From Psammoneis japonica (lineage: Eukaryota): DNA of 64,000 bases. The DNA lies in assembly GCA_008632985.1 (NCBI GenBank), contig QPGO01000035.1, positions 483,899 through 547,898 on the forward strand, in the 5' to 3' direction. Numbering within the stretch: position 1 is the first letter of the stretch; every line of letters begins with the position of its first letter. The notes below the pieces were generated by a model, which saw only the letters and a program-made list of their open reading frames with translations, did not search any database and was not told where the DNA came from. Below are positions 44,894 to 58,209 of the stretch, in pieces. Both the position numbers and the translations under genes were made by a program.

Positions 44894-46744
44894 TTAGGTG
44901 GAAGGACACGCATATGTGACATCGGCGGGGCATGTGATTTTCTTGTTTCCTGACTTGCTGCTCTTCGACTTCTTCCCTCCCTTTCCACCTTTTCCTCTTT
45001 TGCTAGACGATTTTTCGGTTTTGCTTTCACGCAATAATTTGGTTTTGCTTTTCGATGACTTTCCTCGTTCACTTTTCGATGACGACGACTGTCCTTTTTC
45101 GCTTTTCGTCGAAGATGACTTTCCTTTGCTGCTTTTCGACGATTTTCCTCTTTTGCTTTTGAGCGATAATACATGGATATCGCGTGCCTCAAAGACGGGA
45201 ATATAAATATCAACGAAACCATTAGCATAACGGAAAGCGGCTTTGCCAATGGTGGAAATTGTGGTCCCATCTGTCGTAAATGTCTGCGTCGTGTCTTCGC
45301 CGTAAAAGTCGTTAATGTCGAAAACAACGGCGCTTGTGTAATCAAAATGGCGGCCCTTGGGCTTCATGATCCAAACCTTTCCGGCCTCATCTCCACTTGC
45401 AAGAATCCAGGGCCTTTTCTTGGACTTGTCCTTCTTTCCATCCGGAGAAAAGGTTAGGGCGTGTCCTGGAGCCAAGCGAAAGCCCGCAGCAGCGTCGGGA
45501 GTTGGTTGTGGGAAGATATCATCAAGCAAGACGCGCACAGGCCAAGGGTCGTCAAAAATATTGCCACTCGCAGGCTGCTCCAGAGCGTATATCCGGCCTG
45601 GTGTCACCTGGAAGGGGGCGCAATTTGGCTGGTGATTTGTAGCCAAAATCTCAACCTTTCCGTCGGCGTTAAGATCCACAATTTCCACTGCAAAGGGAAA
45701 TCCTTGGTCAGTGCTGATGTCATGGGAGCGGATGTTGGTGACATTGGTGTTCGTCCAATTACCGCCATTCGTTGCCCCATATATGGCGATCTTTCCCTTC
45801 ATCGGCTGCACTGGCGGTGGCACCGTGTCGTCACCGGTGAAGAAGTGGGTGGCCACAATCTCTGGGATGCCATCATTTTCAAAATCGTACATGGCAAGGC
45901 TTATATCTGGGCCCAAAAAATTCACCATTGGACCTCCATACAGGACTTTCTCAGTCCAGGGCGTAGCTGGATCTATTTGTGCGCCAGGGTTCTTGAACCA
46001 GACGAGTTCCGAAAAGGGTGGAAGAGTCGTCGGCGGAGGCGGCGTCGGAATAATTTTGAAGCCCGACCGCACCGTGACAATATCTTGCAGACCATCACCA
46101 TCCATGTCGTAGAACAATACCTCGTGGTAGAATCTTGGTGAGTTTGCTGGAGAACCAGGGGGTTGGGATGAATCAAATGTGCTTTGGTGCACAATGTATT
46201 CCTCTCTACTAGGATCATTTAGATTGACAATTGAGAGACGACCCGGTGGCTGTACGGTATGGAAACCCTGGGGAATGATCACGGCCTCAAAGGGCAGAAC
46301 ACCATCAGGTACACGAATCGCCTCGTTTGGCCAAGTGGTCTTACCTGAGTCGTCAGTGATTCTCTCGAAATCTGTCAGAAAATCAAAATCATCTGGTTTG
46401 ATCTTTCCAACGTCCATGATTCTACCAACCTGGTCTGGCTCTACCGGCGGGAAGTCGGGAACGTAAATCCCTGCAAATGGATTAAAAGTATAGGTCACGG
46501 TGAAAAAACTTGAGACCGTTAAGCCGTCGACCTTGCCACCATCCTCTGTGTTATATTGATCAACGTGCAAAAATGCCGGATTGATATCAAGATGCATCAC
46601 TCCCTTGTGATAGATGTTGGGGCAAAATTCTTCCTTCTCAGATGACGTTCCACTTCCTGTTGTAGATGAAACTGCACCCACAGCAGCGATGGCAAAGGAC
46701 AACGCAGCCAGCAATTTATGAAGATTCGTGGGGTAAAGCTTCAT
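44894..46744 (-). CDS. Secreted FG-GAP/VCBS-repeat protein with a Lys/Ser-rich (KxxK) C-terminal tail
   Basis: Signal peptide; DMDGDGLQD, DFENDGIPE and DLNADGKVE loops; tail KSKRGKSSKSSKGKSSSTKSEKG...KGGKGGKKSKSSKSG. Confidence 0.85.
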   Translation of the reverse strand: MKLYPTNLHKLLAALSFAIAAVGAVSSTTGSGTSSEKEEFCPNIYHKGVMHLDINPAFLHVDQYNTEDGGKVDGLTVSSFFTVTYTFNPFAGIYVPDFPPVEPDQVGRIMDVGKIKPDDFDFLTDFERITDDSGKTTWPNEAIRVPDGVLPFEAVIIPQGFHTVQPPGRLSIVNLNDPSREEYIVHQSTFDSSQPPGSPANSPRFYHEVLFYDMDGDGLQDIVTVRSGFKIIPTPPPPTTLPPFSELVWFKNPGAQIDPATPWTEKVLYGGPMVNFLGPDISLAMYDFENDGIPEIVATHFFTGDDTVPPPVQPMKGKIAIYGATNGGNWTNTNVTNIRSHDISTDQGFPFAVEIVDLNADGKVEILATNHQPNCAPFQVTPGRIYALEQPASGNIFDDPWPVRVLLDDIFPQPTPDAAAGFRLAPGHALTFSPDGKKDKSKKRPWILASGDEAGKVWIMKPKGRHFDYTSAVVFDINDFYGEDTTQTFTTDGTTISTIGKAAFRYANGFVDIYIPVFEARDIHVLSLKSKRGKSSKSSKGKSSSTKSEKGQSSSSKSERGKSSKSKTKLLRESKTEKSSSKRGKGGKGGKKSKSSKSGNKKITCPADVTYACPST

Positions 46745-47049
46745 CGTGTTTTACCTTCTTGGCGCCCAGAGGATTGACCCAATGAAACCGGCGCATCACG
46801 AAAATTTTGACAAGATGTGCTTCCAGAGCTTTGACACTGGTTTCACTCTAGAGTAGAGCATCTTGTCCGACCCAACGGCTCACACAAATGATTTTGTTGG
46901 AGGGAACTTTTGAAAAGTCTGGTGTTTCAGATATTCATGCATGAATATTAAAAAGTCAATTTTAAAATGCGTTTTGTGACACAAGTTGAAGTTGGAAAAA
47001 TTCTCCTAAGACCCTTAAGATCGCGACAAGATCACTAAAAAATTTCGCG

Positions 47050-50000
47050 TGATGCTGCACGAGATGGACCAACCTGAGAGATGTTGACAATGGTCTCTCT
47101 GATCTCAAGAGAGTGGGCCCTCCTCTTTTTGTTGGATTGCCACCATTCATGGGCTCTGGGCTCTGGTGTGACATGAGATTGAGCCCCGATGAGATCAGGG
47201 GGAGAAAATGGCAAAACCAACGTGACTCTTGGCTTGGCGTCTGACGTGCATCACACCTCCTGGTGCAATTGGTTTGTCCCAATCCTCTTCCACCAGAGCC
47301 AGGTTCCACATCCTTTGGTGAATGGTCTCTCTCTGTGCAAAACATTGGGTGTTGAAAACAGCGAGCAGAAGATTTTTCAACAAGAGCTGCGGCCCTTCAA
47401 GCAAATCCCACAGGCACAGATGAGTGCGAACTTCAGGGGGGGGAACTTTTTGATTTGAGACTTTTTCTGCAGGAAAAGCATGAAGCAAAGGAAAAAGGAG
47501 AGGGACAGACAGGGCAAGAGCACCTCTTTTCTCTCGTTGCTTTGCAGTGCTCTGGATCGCACATTGGAGGAAAATCTTGTTGCAAGGGGGAGGCACAACA
47601 ACAAGACATTTGGGCTGACTTCACAAACAAGGTTGCCACTCACAGGTGCATGTGAGAAAATAAAAATGACCAGCACAGCAGCACACTGACACACAAAAAC
47701 AACCAACAACTTTGGATTTGTGCAATTTGCACCTGTGCTCTCACACTCTGCAAAGGGGTCAACATTTCATCTGCCACTGCAGTGCACTCATCTGCTCCCA
47801 AGGAGCTTCCAAAAACATTGCTGCATCAGCCAGCACACTTTTGTGAAACAGCACAGTGTCTGCATGCTTGGTGGCTGGTTGCATCAAATTGTCAGTCCAT
47901 TGCATGCAGACAAAGCAACTGAACAACATTCATCAAACCTGTGCTCTGGGTGACTGGGGCCAACTGCAAAGAGAAAAGAAAGGGTTTTGAAGCAAGAAGC
48001 GTGCACACATGCTCACATTCCAAAGCTCAGATTTTGGCTTTTGATTCTCACCAGCAACCCCAATGAGGCTGAATCTCTCTCAGCAAAAATGAAAAAATGC
48101 ATGAAATTTTTTGTTGTTGTCTTGATGAGCTCCTGTTTGTCTCTCTCATTTTTGCAGCTGCCTTGCCCCAAGCACCAGCAAGCTCCCTTGCTGTGTGATT
48201 CTTGGCAGCAAAGCAAGTTTTTGGCAGCTGCCAAGGCTGCACAAAATGCCAAAAATCATGCTGGTGTCACAGTCAAACACCTGTTGTTCTTCAAAGCCAT
48301 GCCTGGCTCACAAGAGAGTGCAAAAGTGCAGCAACAAGTTGGCAGCAAAATGCACTGCTCAGGATGGGTGCTGCTGGTGCCAAGACAAAAAACATGGTGT
48401 TCTCCAGGGACAAACACAGGTGAGCAACATTGTCAGCAAGGTCATGTCCAGGGCTGAAAGACAGATTGCTCCATTCTCCAAGCAAGCGTTTTTGCACTTT
48501 TCGTGTGCTGTGGTGTGCCCTTTGCCAAGCTGCACAAAAAGAAGAAAAACCTCGCTGCTGGGTGGGAAACAATGTTTGCCAACCACCCAGCAACAAGGCA
48601 ACTCAATGGTGAAGGAGATGAGTCCCTTGGAGCAATGACACAGTGGACTCAGGTGGCGCCATCATTGTGCGAGATGGATCTTGGTGCTGCAACATCCAAA
48701 TCACTGAAATTCGTGATTGTGAGGGCAATTTGTGCCGCATGCATTCACGAAGGAAACTGTGATTGTTGGCAGTGTCCAGTGCAGCAGGGCCTGCACACAG
48801 TGCTCTGTGCACGAGTGAGTGTGACAGAGTTCAACATGCAATTGAGTGCTGCATCATGCATGCAGTCAAGTGTTGCACAACATCATTGCCAACAAATTGT
48901 CGCTTGGTGCACCCAAATCACCCACTTTTTTGACAGCACAACAATTTTTGAAAATTTCCTCTTGCCCCGCGCATGGCAAGGTGTGCGATCTTTCCATCAA
49001 CCAACTCAACACGCACACCGCACATGCGGCAAAATGTGCTGCATCCACACTGCATGCCTGGGACATTCCCGAATCCGCCATCTTGAGACTGTTTTGTCAA
49101 AATTGTCAATGCTTGCATGTCGTGTGCTCGCCACATTGGTTGTCATGCTTTGTCGCTAAAACAATTTTGTGTGTGTGGATGCTCGCACATTGCAGAACAT
49201 GCACAAACAATCTGGCGAGGCATTCTCATCGCTTGAATGATCGCAATGACTCAGAATGGAGTCGACGGGTTCTAGCCCCAGGCGGGACTCCGTGTGACAT
49301 TGGGCCGGCAGAATTCTGCATGTGAGCTCCGCATTAAATTTGTGCTGCAATGTAAATGCAAATGATCGCCAACAGAAAAAGAGGCAATTTTACGAACGCA
49401 TCTCCTCCTTCATGCTTGGAGCACATCATTTGCAGTTTGCCCGGGTGCATTCTGCAGACATTCAAGAACACACCCAGCATGTTTTTATTCTCATGAATGT
49501 TGAAAATAGAAAGCCTTTGGCTTCACAAAACAGGGAGTGTGAAACAATTTTGTAGAATGCAACACGCAGAAATGCACGTGCGCGACATGCGACGTGATCC
49601 AAAAAACTGTTGATGTCACAGTGCAGCAGTGCGAGGTCCCACCCAGAGCTGGAGCGCATCAGTCACTCAAAAAAGTCACAGTTGTTGAACATCACTTGTG
49701 ACTCAGGACAACTCATGACCAGTCACGACAACTCCCGACAGCTCCCAACAACTCACGACAACTCACAACAACTCGCGACAAATTTCACTTGACTCACTGC
49801 AACTCACGACAATTTTTCAGATGGCACGTGCACATGTTGTCAGAACAAATTTTTGTGTCTCATCACGCTCAGCATCTAAAGACTGCATGTGAGCACTCCT
49901 GACAACTCATGACATTTCTCGCTCAAGTCCCAACAACTCCTGACAACTCCCGACAACTCACGACATTTTCGTTTTGGCAGACATTTCGGGTCATTCAATG

Positions 50001-50250
50001 CAATGACCTTGGCGACAAGTGGTTCTTGCCAAATTGATCGTTGCTTGTTCTGTTGCAGCGCGGATTGTGCAAACGGATGTCATTTTCACTGTCAACCGGT
50101 TGCGCCAGTTGAAACACCAGTCAACGCATGTGTCGCAATTTGTCGGGATCGCCAAAAAAAGAATGTCATTGATGTCACATTCGCAGAAAAGAAAATGCAC
50201 AAGTTGGCTGTTTCAAAAATGTCCCTGTGCCAGGTGCACAATGAAGCACT
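47050..50250. mobile_element. TpA-depleted decayed TE, unclassified
   Basis: Compositional block between intact genes; subterminal-type 10-bp repeats at 49.7-50.0 kb; no intact ORF. Confidence 0.45.
49700..49965. repeat. Degenerate 10-bp tandem repeat (gacaactcNN)
   Basis: gacaactcat, gacaactccc, aacaactcac, gacaactcac, aacaactcgc and further copies to 49965. Confidence 0.75.
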
Positions 50251-50660
50251 CTCCATCGTGAGTCCATGCGTCGACCGTTCTTCGCGTGCGCTCATGCGCA
50301 CCCGAAGGTCTCCTCGTGGACTCTCAATGAAGTCAGACGGACGGGTTGTTACGATGCCTCCGGAATCCCCGTACCGGTGTGTTTCTACATACACAAAAAA
50401 CTTTTCTACGGAGAATTCTACCTACACGAAACATGCCAGGAGGGCATGTTAACAATTCTCCTACATACGACCCTGGTACATCGTCCGTCTTACTTCCGCG
50501 AGACTTCGGGTGTGCGCAGCGCACACGACAACGGTCGACGCATAGACTCACGATGGAGAGTGACAACGGCGAAGATCGATGAGGCAAGCAGCAAGCAGCA
50601 ACAAACGACTTCATTCTTCATTCAACAGCGAGAACAAGAACAGAGAACAGAATTACAACC

Positions 50661-52061
50661 ATGACGATTTATCATTCTCGCACCGACTCAAGTGAACCGC
50701 TGGAGCAACCGCGGTACACCCTGTATGGCACCAATCTGACGGATCAAGATTTGGGAGCGCGTGTCGTTTTCGCCACGGACGAGTTCTTTGCTGTGGCTGA
50801 CAATCTATTGGAACGGCGCGAACCTTCTTACGACCCGAATGCGTATTGTTCGCAGGGCAAAGTGATGGACGGATGGGAAAGTCGGAGAAGACGCCAACCA
50901 GGTCATGACTGGTGTGTGGTGCGATTGGCGTTCTCCGGCATGATTGCTGGCGTTGAAGTGAATACGGCCTTCTTCACCGGGAACTACGCTCCCAAGATAT
51001 CGATTCAAGCGGCCAATCTGCCCCAGTATGCTACAGATGAACATGACGAATGGATGCCAGGCTCGTTTGATAGGTTTGAACGTGGAGGTAAGTTGTTTCA
51101 TCGATTCGAATGTGTCTTGTGAAAAATCTTGTTCCTAACTCTAGACATGTGTTGTATTTTAGGAGGCATACGGGGTAGTAAGGCAAGCGCAGAGGTGGTT
51201 GCCCGAGCTGAAGAAGCGTGCAACCAATACGAGTGGCACACCTTGGTGCCACAATCGCCATTGCAGCCAGGATATCCCCAAACCAAAATGCACTTCTTTG
51301 CTGTGTTGGATCAAGCCCTTAAACGACATGCCTTTACCCACATTCGACTCAACCTGTTCCCTGACGGTGGGGTGGCACGCCTCAAGGTCTATGGCGCTGT
51401 CAGTGTCAACTTTAACAGAATCTTTGCAAGTTTGAAACCGAGCCAACCCATTCCGCTTATGGATTTGGCAAGCATGGCTCTGGGTGGACGCGGTTTGGCC
51501 TGTAGCAACAAACACTTTGGCATACCTCGCAACTTGCTCAAGCCGGGTCGAGGATTGGATATGGGCGATGGCTGGGAAACTATGCGGCATGTAGACCGAC
51601 CTTCCGTCATTGCTACAAATGCCGAAACAGGTCTCGTGGATACGGATTTGGGAGATTGGTGCATCTTGCAATTGGGTACAGTCACGGCTCTCGTAGAGCG
51701 TCTTGAAATCGACACTCGTCACTTCAAGGGGAACTATCCCGAAAGCATTATGGTTGAGGCAGGGTGTGCAAAAAATACAAATGCCACTATTCACGATGAA
51801 ACCATTGACAGAGACGACGTTAAATTCGACGACCTTACCATTCAATGGTTTCCTCTCCTGAATCGCACCAAGTTAGGCCCCGACAAGAATTTTGTCTACA
51901 ACCTGGAGGATGGAAGCTTGAATCCACCCTTTGTCGATGCACCCTACATTAGTCACATTCGTGTCTTTATTTATCCTGACGGAGGAATCAGTCGAGTTCG
52001 CGTGTTTGGACGACCAAAACGCATGGAGGGGGCAATGCGCCGTGTCTTGAGTGATTTGTAG
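50661..52061 (+). CDS. ALLC: Allantoicase
   Basis: ATDEFFAVADNL, MDGWESRRRRQPGHDW, NTAFFTGNY, LNLFPDGGVARL, MGDGWETMR, IYPDGGISRVRVFG; intron 51088-51162. Confidence 0.93.
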
Positions 52062-52199
52062 TATCATGCGGGGACAAACAGTTCCCGGCAACATTTGTTA
52101 ATACCTATATCTTTGCTTGAAATCACTCCTTTCTCAACATGGTATGTAGAAGAATTAAACGAGAGAGGGTGGCTGTCCGCGCCTGAAGCTACACTATTA

Positions 52200-52984
52200 G
52201 GCTCGGTCTACAGGTGAACCGAGCCGGATCGGATCGCCGGATCGACTCCTTCATAACCCATTAAAATGTTAGTCCATCGAGTCAAAAAGTCGATCCGTGG
52301 CCTTCGTGGGACTGATCCGCCATCTCGGATCGGATGTCGGATCGAATTTGGAAGATTCCGTGCCGTCATCACGACAATGGCGCAACATCACACGATTATG
52401 ATACAGGGCGGCATAACATTCAGCCATAAGGGCACAGAACTTCCTTAGCATTACAGCCTTACTCTTCCCATGCTTGAAATGGAGATGAAAAAGGTCGTAT
52501 GGCAATAGAATAGCTTGTCAAACCGATAATGCCGTAAAGATTTGTTGGAGAAACATTGAATAAGCAAAATAACAAGTATTTATTATGTAATTCGAAATTT
52601 CAATACGAAAACATAGCGTCAGTTTCTGAATTGCAAAAGTGATAGCTTTTTCTTCCTTAGCGTGCTGCAAACACTGAGTGACAATGATGCTCAATGATGC
52701 GGTCAAGTAAGTATGTAAAGCAGTAATAACAGCATAGTTCTGTCGTCATATTGTCTCGTTATGACAAGATGTGAAGCATCATGGCCACACTCTCTCTGTT
52801 GTTCGCTATTTCAGTGCTTTGTGTTCTTGAGAATTTGGAATCTTGAAACTTACGTCGTTTTGCGACTCATCAAAATGTCGAATCCGATCCGCGATCCGAT
52901 CCGGTTCCACCTGTCGACTAACGGAATTCTGACGCGATCCGATCCGGCGATCCGATCCGGCGCGGTTCACCTGTAGACCGAGCC
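52200..52984. mobile_element. 785-bp non-autonomous PIF/Harbinger-type element (MITE)
   Basis: TIRs GGCTCGGTCTACAGGTGAACCG(a/c)GCCGGATCGGATCGCCGGATCG at both ends; TTA target-site duplication at 52197-52199 and 52985-52987; subterminal GATCC/GGATC repeats. Confidence 0.9.
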
Positions 52985-53413
52985 TTAGAAGTATTTGTAC
53001 CGGTAGATTGTACGGTAGGTCTGTTCGTCGCATCTGACACAGATTTGGGGAACAACTCTGGACAGAAGCTGTCCAAAGAATCTTGTGTAAATTTTGTAAG
53101 GAAACAGTCTGTCAATCTGTGCATAATATCCAAATTGGGTGGCTGGATAGCCTCCGTGGCCGGCCGTTTCTCACGTAAGAATTGTACTTAACCTTACTGG
53201 GGGGGATGACAGAAGCTTTTTCGACAGCTTTCATCCAGAGTCAGTCGACCGAAGAGAGAAATGAAGTGGTTGATGGGCATCCAAGATCCAACGCATCCGA
53301 CATCCGACATACTGTACGTGTAATCTTCGCATCATCAAAAAATACAATTGGAAATAGTTGCCGAACACAAGAGGCTGGTATAGTATTCAAAAAAGCTGTA
53401 AATTTGTTCCAAA

Positions 53414-55012
53414 ATGAGATTGTCCTTCATCAAGCACGCATTTTTTGCGGTTATGCTGGCAGCTTGCAGGCACAACGCACATCACTCGGTCACTGCGTTG
53501 ATGGTTGGAAACGGACACTTGTTACACGATCAAAGGGTATTTGGGTACAACAGGCGATTGACAATTATTCAGAAAATGGTATCGAAAACAAAGGCTGCCA
53601 CAGAGACGACAAGTGATGTTTCGTTGGAAGAGTTCGATCCCGTCATGGCCGACTTGATTCAGTCCGAGGACAAGAGACAGCGATTCGGTCTTGAATTGAT
53701 TGCGTCGGAAAACTTTGCAAGCAGCGCGGTTAGACAGGCGCTTGGTAGTTGTCTCACTAACAAATACAGTGAAGGAGGTGTTGGAAAGCGTTATTATGGA
53801 GGAAACGAATTTATTGATCAAATCGAGACCATTTGCATGGAACGAGCGCTGGAGCTTTATGGACTCGATCCCGAAGAGTGGGGAGTCAATGTGCAACCAT
53901 ACTCGGGTTCTCCCGCCAATTTTGCCGCTTATACGGCTCTGTTGGAACCGCATGATCGCATCATGGGTTTGGACCTACCTTCTGGTGGACACTTGACTCA
54001 TGGCTTTCAAACGCCAAAAAAGAAGGTCTCTGCCACCAGCGTGTACTTTGAGAGCATGCCCTATGTCGTTTCGTCCGAAACTGGTCTGATTGACTATGAT
54101 GATATGGAACAACGCTGTAAAATGTTCATGCCCAAGTTGTTGATTGCTGGTGGATCCGCGTATCCTCGTGAATGGGACTATGCCCGCATGCGACAGATTG
54201 CCGATTCGGTGGGAGCCATGCTCATGGTGGACATGGCGCACATTTCTGGCCTGATTGCGGGTGGGTGTGCCCAGAGTCCCTTTGAGTATGCTGATGTGGT
54301 GACAAGCACAACACACAAGACTCTTCGGGGACCAAGATCCGGCATGATTTTTGGAAAGCGTGATCTGATGGACCGGATCAATGCCGCAGTCTTTCCGTCT
54401 CTTCAAGGAGGTCCGCACAATCATCAAATTGCAGCGCTAGCTGTCGCGCTCAAAGAGGCCAATACGCCAGAGTTTCGTTCCTATGCTCAGTCGGTCGTTT
54501 CGAATGCGCAGGCGTTGGGGCAAGGGTTGGTTGATCGAGGTTATGAACTGGCCACAGGCGGCACAGATAATCACTTGTTGCTTTGGGATGTTCGTCCGCT
54601 GGGATTGACGGGAGCAAAAGTGGAAAAGGTGCTGGAACTGGCCAGCATTACTACCAACAAGAATAGTATTGCGGGTGATACATCGGCGATTAACCCGGGT
54701 GGAGTCCGCCTGGGGACTCCGGCCTTGACGACTCGAGGAATGAACGAGAAAGACTTTGACAACGTGGCGGAGTTTTTGCATCGTGGCTGCCAAATTGCTG
54801 CTCGAGCGCAAGAGATCGCTGTTGCGGATTTCAAAGTCAGACTGGCTGCGGGAGACGTGCCACCAAAACAGAAAAAGGCACTGCTCAAGGATTTTATGTC
54901 CGTGATGCTTTCCAACAAGGAAATCCAACAATCGATTGCTCAGCTAAAAGAAGAGGTGGAGGACTTTGCCATCAAGTTCAGAATGCCAGGGGACGGTGTT
55001 AGCATCTCGTAA
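53414..55012 (+). CDS. SHMT: Serine hydroxymethyltransferase with an N-terminal targeting extension
   Basis: [44 protein letters not shown] and GGTDNHL motifs; intronless 532 aa. Confidence 0.96.
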   Translation: MRLSFIKHAFFAVMLAACRHNAHHSVTALMVGNGHLLHDQRVFGYNRRLTIIQKMVSKTKAATETTSDVSLEEFDPVMADLIQSEDKRQRFGLELIASENFASSAVRQALGSCLTNKYSEGGVGKRYYGGNEFIDQIETICMERALELYGLDPEEWGVNVQPYSGSPANFAAYTALLEPHDRIMGLDLPSGGHLTHGFQTPKKKVSATSVYFESMPYVVSSETGLIDYDDMEQRCKMFMPKLLIAGGSAYPREWDYARMRQIADSVGAMLMVDMAHISGLIAGGCAQSPFEYADVVTSTTHKTLRGPRSGMIFGKRDLMDRINAAVFPSLQGGPHNHQIAALAVALKEANTPEFRSYAQSVVSNAQALGQGLVDRGYELATGGTDNHLLLWDVRPLGLTGAKVEKVLELASITTNKNSIAGDTSAINPGGVRLGTPALTTRGMNEKDFDNVAEFLHRGCQIAARAQEIAVADFKVRLAAGDVPPKQKKALLKDFMSVMLSNKEIQQSIAQLKEEVEDFAIKFRMPGDGVSIS

Positions 55013-55199
55013 CTTCGAACTCAACTACTCGGAGTACAACTTTTGTAGGGAGCATCTTCTTTCCAAATGCTAACTACACAACTTATGTCGTTATGCCTGA
55101 CTCTGATAATGAACCTCATACTAATGGTTCAAACTAATTGTAAACAACGACAGATATACCGTTTTCCCCATACTCCTTTTGTAAAGCAGCCGGCCAAGA

Positions 55200-57974
55200 T
55201 TAAGCACCGCAATTGAGGCACTCTTCCTCTTCATCCTTAACAGCCAATCCAGCAATGCCCTTTCCAACGGCAGGTTCCAGAGGCGCAGCGTTCTCCTTCT
55301 CGCCAATTTCGGCTGCGCTTTTCCTGTCTTTTGCAAGCTGTTCCTGGTTTACGGTAAACTGAATGGCATCCGCCTTGGGGCGGGTACGTAGGTAGTACAT
55401 GCCCGTCTTGAGTCCCTTCTTCCAGGCATAAAAGTGCATGGAAGTAAGCTTGGACGAGTTTGGTTCAGCAATGTGAACATTGAGACTCTGGCTCTGACAA
55501 ATGTATGGGCCGCGGTCGGCCGCCATGTCTAGAATGGAACGCTGGGAAATCTCCCATACCGTCTTGTACACGTCCCGAATCTCTTTGGGGATTTCCGGCA
55601 CGTTTTGAACAGAACCACCGTCGGCGATAATGCGGTTGCGAACCGATTCGGTCCAGAGACCAAGCGACGTGAGCTCTCGCAGCAAGTGCTTGTTGACAAC
55701 CGTAAACTCTCCGGCCAACACACGGCGATTGTACCTGTATAGGGTGAGAGTATGTGAGTGAATCCTGATTCACACAAAATTAATACAATAAACAACAACT
55801 CACATGTTGGAAGTAAAGGGCTCGATGCTTTCATTGTTTCCCAGAATCTGCGCCGTGGACGCCGTCGGCATGGGAGCCACCAGCAACGAGTTGCGCATAC
55901 CGTACTGGGCGATTTTCCCCTTGAGTCCGCTCCAATCCCAACGGTCGCTGGGCGTGACGCCCCACAAGTCAAACTGAAGCTGCCCCTTGCTCGCGGGCGA
56001 GCCCTCATAGCTCTCGTACGGTCCCTCCTCCTTGGCCAAGTCACAACTGGCCATGCACGCTCCAAAGTAAATGGTTTCAAAGATATCCTTGTTGAGCTGC
56101 CGCGCCTCGGGCGAATCAAAGGGAATTTTCAAAAGTTGAAAGGCATCCGCCAGTCCCTGTATGCCCAGTCCAATGGGGCGGTGGCGCATATTGGAGTGCT
56201 TGGCTTCCGGAATGGGATAATAGTTGCGATCAATGACGCGGTTCAGATTGCGTGTCGCCACCATGGTCACTTGCTTGAGTTTTTCAAAATCAAACTTGCC
56301 GCTCTTGCCGCCATCGTACGCGGTAGCAGGCGTTACCAATTTAGAGAGACTGATACTTGCAAGGTTGCAAACAGCCGTTTCGTCGGGAGCTGTGAATTCC
56401 ACAATTTCCGTGCACAAATTCGAACACTTGATGGTTCCAAGATTCTGTTGGTTGGATTTGCGGTTGCAATGGTCCTTAAACACCATGTAGGGCGTTCCCG
56501 TTTCCACTTGCGAGTCCAAAATGGCAAACCAAAGCGCCTGCGCCTTGATGGTCTTGCGCGCCTTGCCCTCGCTCTCGTATCGTTCATACAAGGTCTTGAA
56601 TTCGTCACCCCAACAATCCGCCAGTCCGGGGCACTCGTTGGGGCACATGAGACTCCAATCACCATTGTCGCGGACCCGCTCCATAAACAAGTCGGGAATC
56701 CAGAGCGAATAAAACAAATCGCGAGCACGCTGGCTCTCGTCGCCGTGGTTCTTGCGCAAATCGAGAAAGGCAAACACGTCCGCGTGCCACGGTTCGAGGT
56801 AAATGGCAATGCTGCCCTTTCTCTGTTGAACGAGAAAGAAGAATGGTGTTAGATTACATGGCAAACTCAGACAACAACAGACGCTATTCATGCACGCTAT
56901 ACTCACTTTCCCACCTCCCTGATCGACATAACGGGCCGTGTTGTTGAAGACACGCAGCATGGGCACGATACCATTGGAGGTTCCATTCGTACCTCGAATA
57001 TACGACTGCGAGGCGCGAACGTTGCTAATAGACAGCCCAATACCCCCGGCATACTTGGAGATGACAGCACAACTCTTCAAAGTATCGTAAATGCCGTCAA
57101 TCGAGTCCTCCTTCATACACACCAAAAAGCACGAGCTCATTTGCGCCTGCGGCGTGCCCGCATTAAAGAGCGTCGGAGTGGCGTGGGTAAAGAAACGCTG
57201 TGACAACAAGTCATAGGTTTCAATGACACGCGGAATGTCGCTCCCGTGAATGCCCACGGCAACACGCATGAGCATGTGCTGGGGTCGTTCGGCAATCCGG
57301 CCGTCGAGTTTGAGGAGATAAGATTTTTCCAGAGTTTTGAATCCAAAGTAGTCCAACTCGAAATCGCGATCGTGGATAATGGCCGAATCGAGCTCGTCCC
57401 GGTGATCCATGACGACTTGATGGACTTGCTCGGAAATGAGCGGCGCCGGTGCGCCCGTCTTGGGGTGCACATAGGCATAAAAGGCCTCAATGTTGTCGGA
57501 AAAATTCTTGGTGGTCATTTTGTGCAGGTTCGACACGGAAATGCGAGCCGCCAAAATGGAACAATCGGGATGCTGTGTCGCAAAGGAAGCGGCCGTCTGA
57601 GCGGCGAGTCTGTGTATATGGAGTAGAGTGTAGGATAAGAAGTGAGTTTTTATGCGCATATACGAACTGCATCTGACGTAAGAAACAACTTACTCATCCA
57701 ACTCGACCGTCGTTACTCCAGGATACACACCCTGAATGACCTTTTGAGAAATAAAGACAGGATCGACATGCTGTGTGTGTGTGCAAGCGAGAGGTGATGA
57801 GATGTAAGCACGGCTATGTTTTTTATGCGCATACGAGACATACAACTCCAGAATGCTAAAACAAACACGTACCTTTGGATCGAGTCCGTAACAAAGCTTG
57901 GAAATGCGACTCGTAATCTTATCAAAGTGAACTGACTCTCGTCGTCCACCGCGCTTGACAACGTACATGGACAT
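55200..57974 (-). CDS. RNR1: Ribonucleotide reductase class Ia large subunit
   Basis: ATP cone [43 protein letters not shown]-terminal CLNCGA; introns 57872-57771, 57693-57610, 56906-56823 and 55803-55735. Confidence 0.96.
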
Positions 57975-58209
57975 GGTTGCTATCGAGAAGTTTCAGCAAC
58001 GGGTGTTGTTGTTTTTGACGTGGTGCAAAAAGTTGTGTCTGAAAGAAAAAATGAAAGTAAGTGGCGTCGGCATGCATGAAGCGCGCCATTTTTTGTGCGT
58101 AAAAATCCGGTACAAACGTACACACGTGCAAATTGTACCAAACTTTACACACACGCGAATGCGCGCAGAAGCTCGCAATCGCGATCAACTCGACTCAAAT
58201 GACAAAAAA

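Noticed and set aside
49700..49965. 10-bp repeats as telomeric or CRISPR repeats
   Set aside because: Degenerate, interstitial and without spacers; more like TE subterminal repeats.
55758..56852. 364-aa plus-strand ORF overlapping RNR1
   Set aside because: Antisense shadow of a strongly codon-biased conserved gene.
57844..57860. 17-mer aactccagaatgctaaa also present at 63870-63886
   Set aside because: A single 17-nt match in 64 kb is not clearly beyond chance and does not extend.
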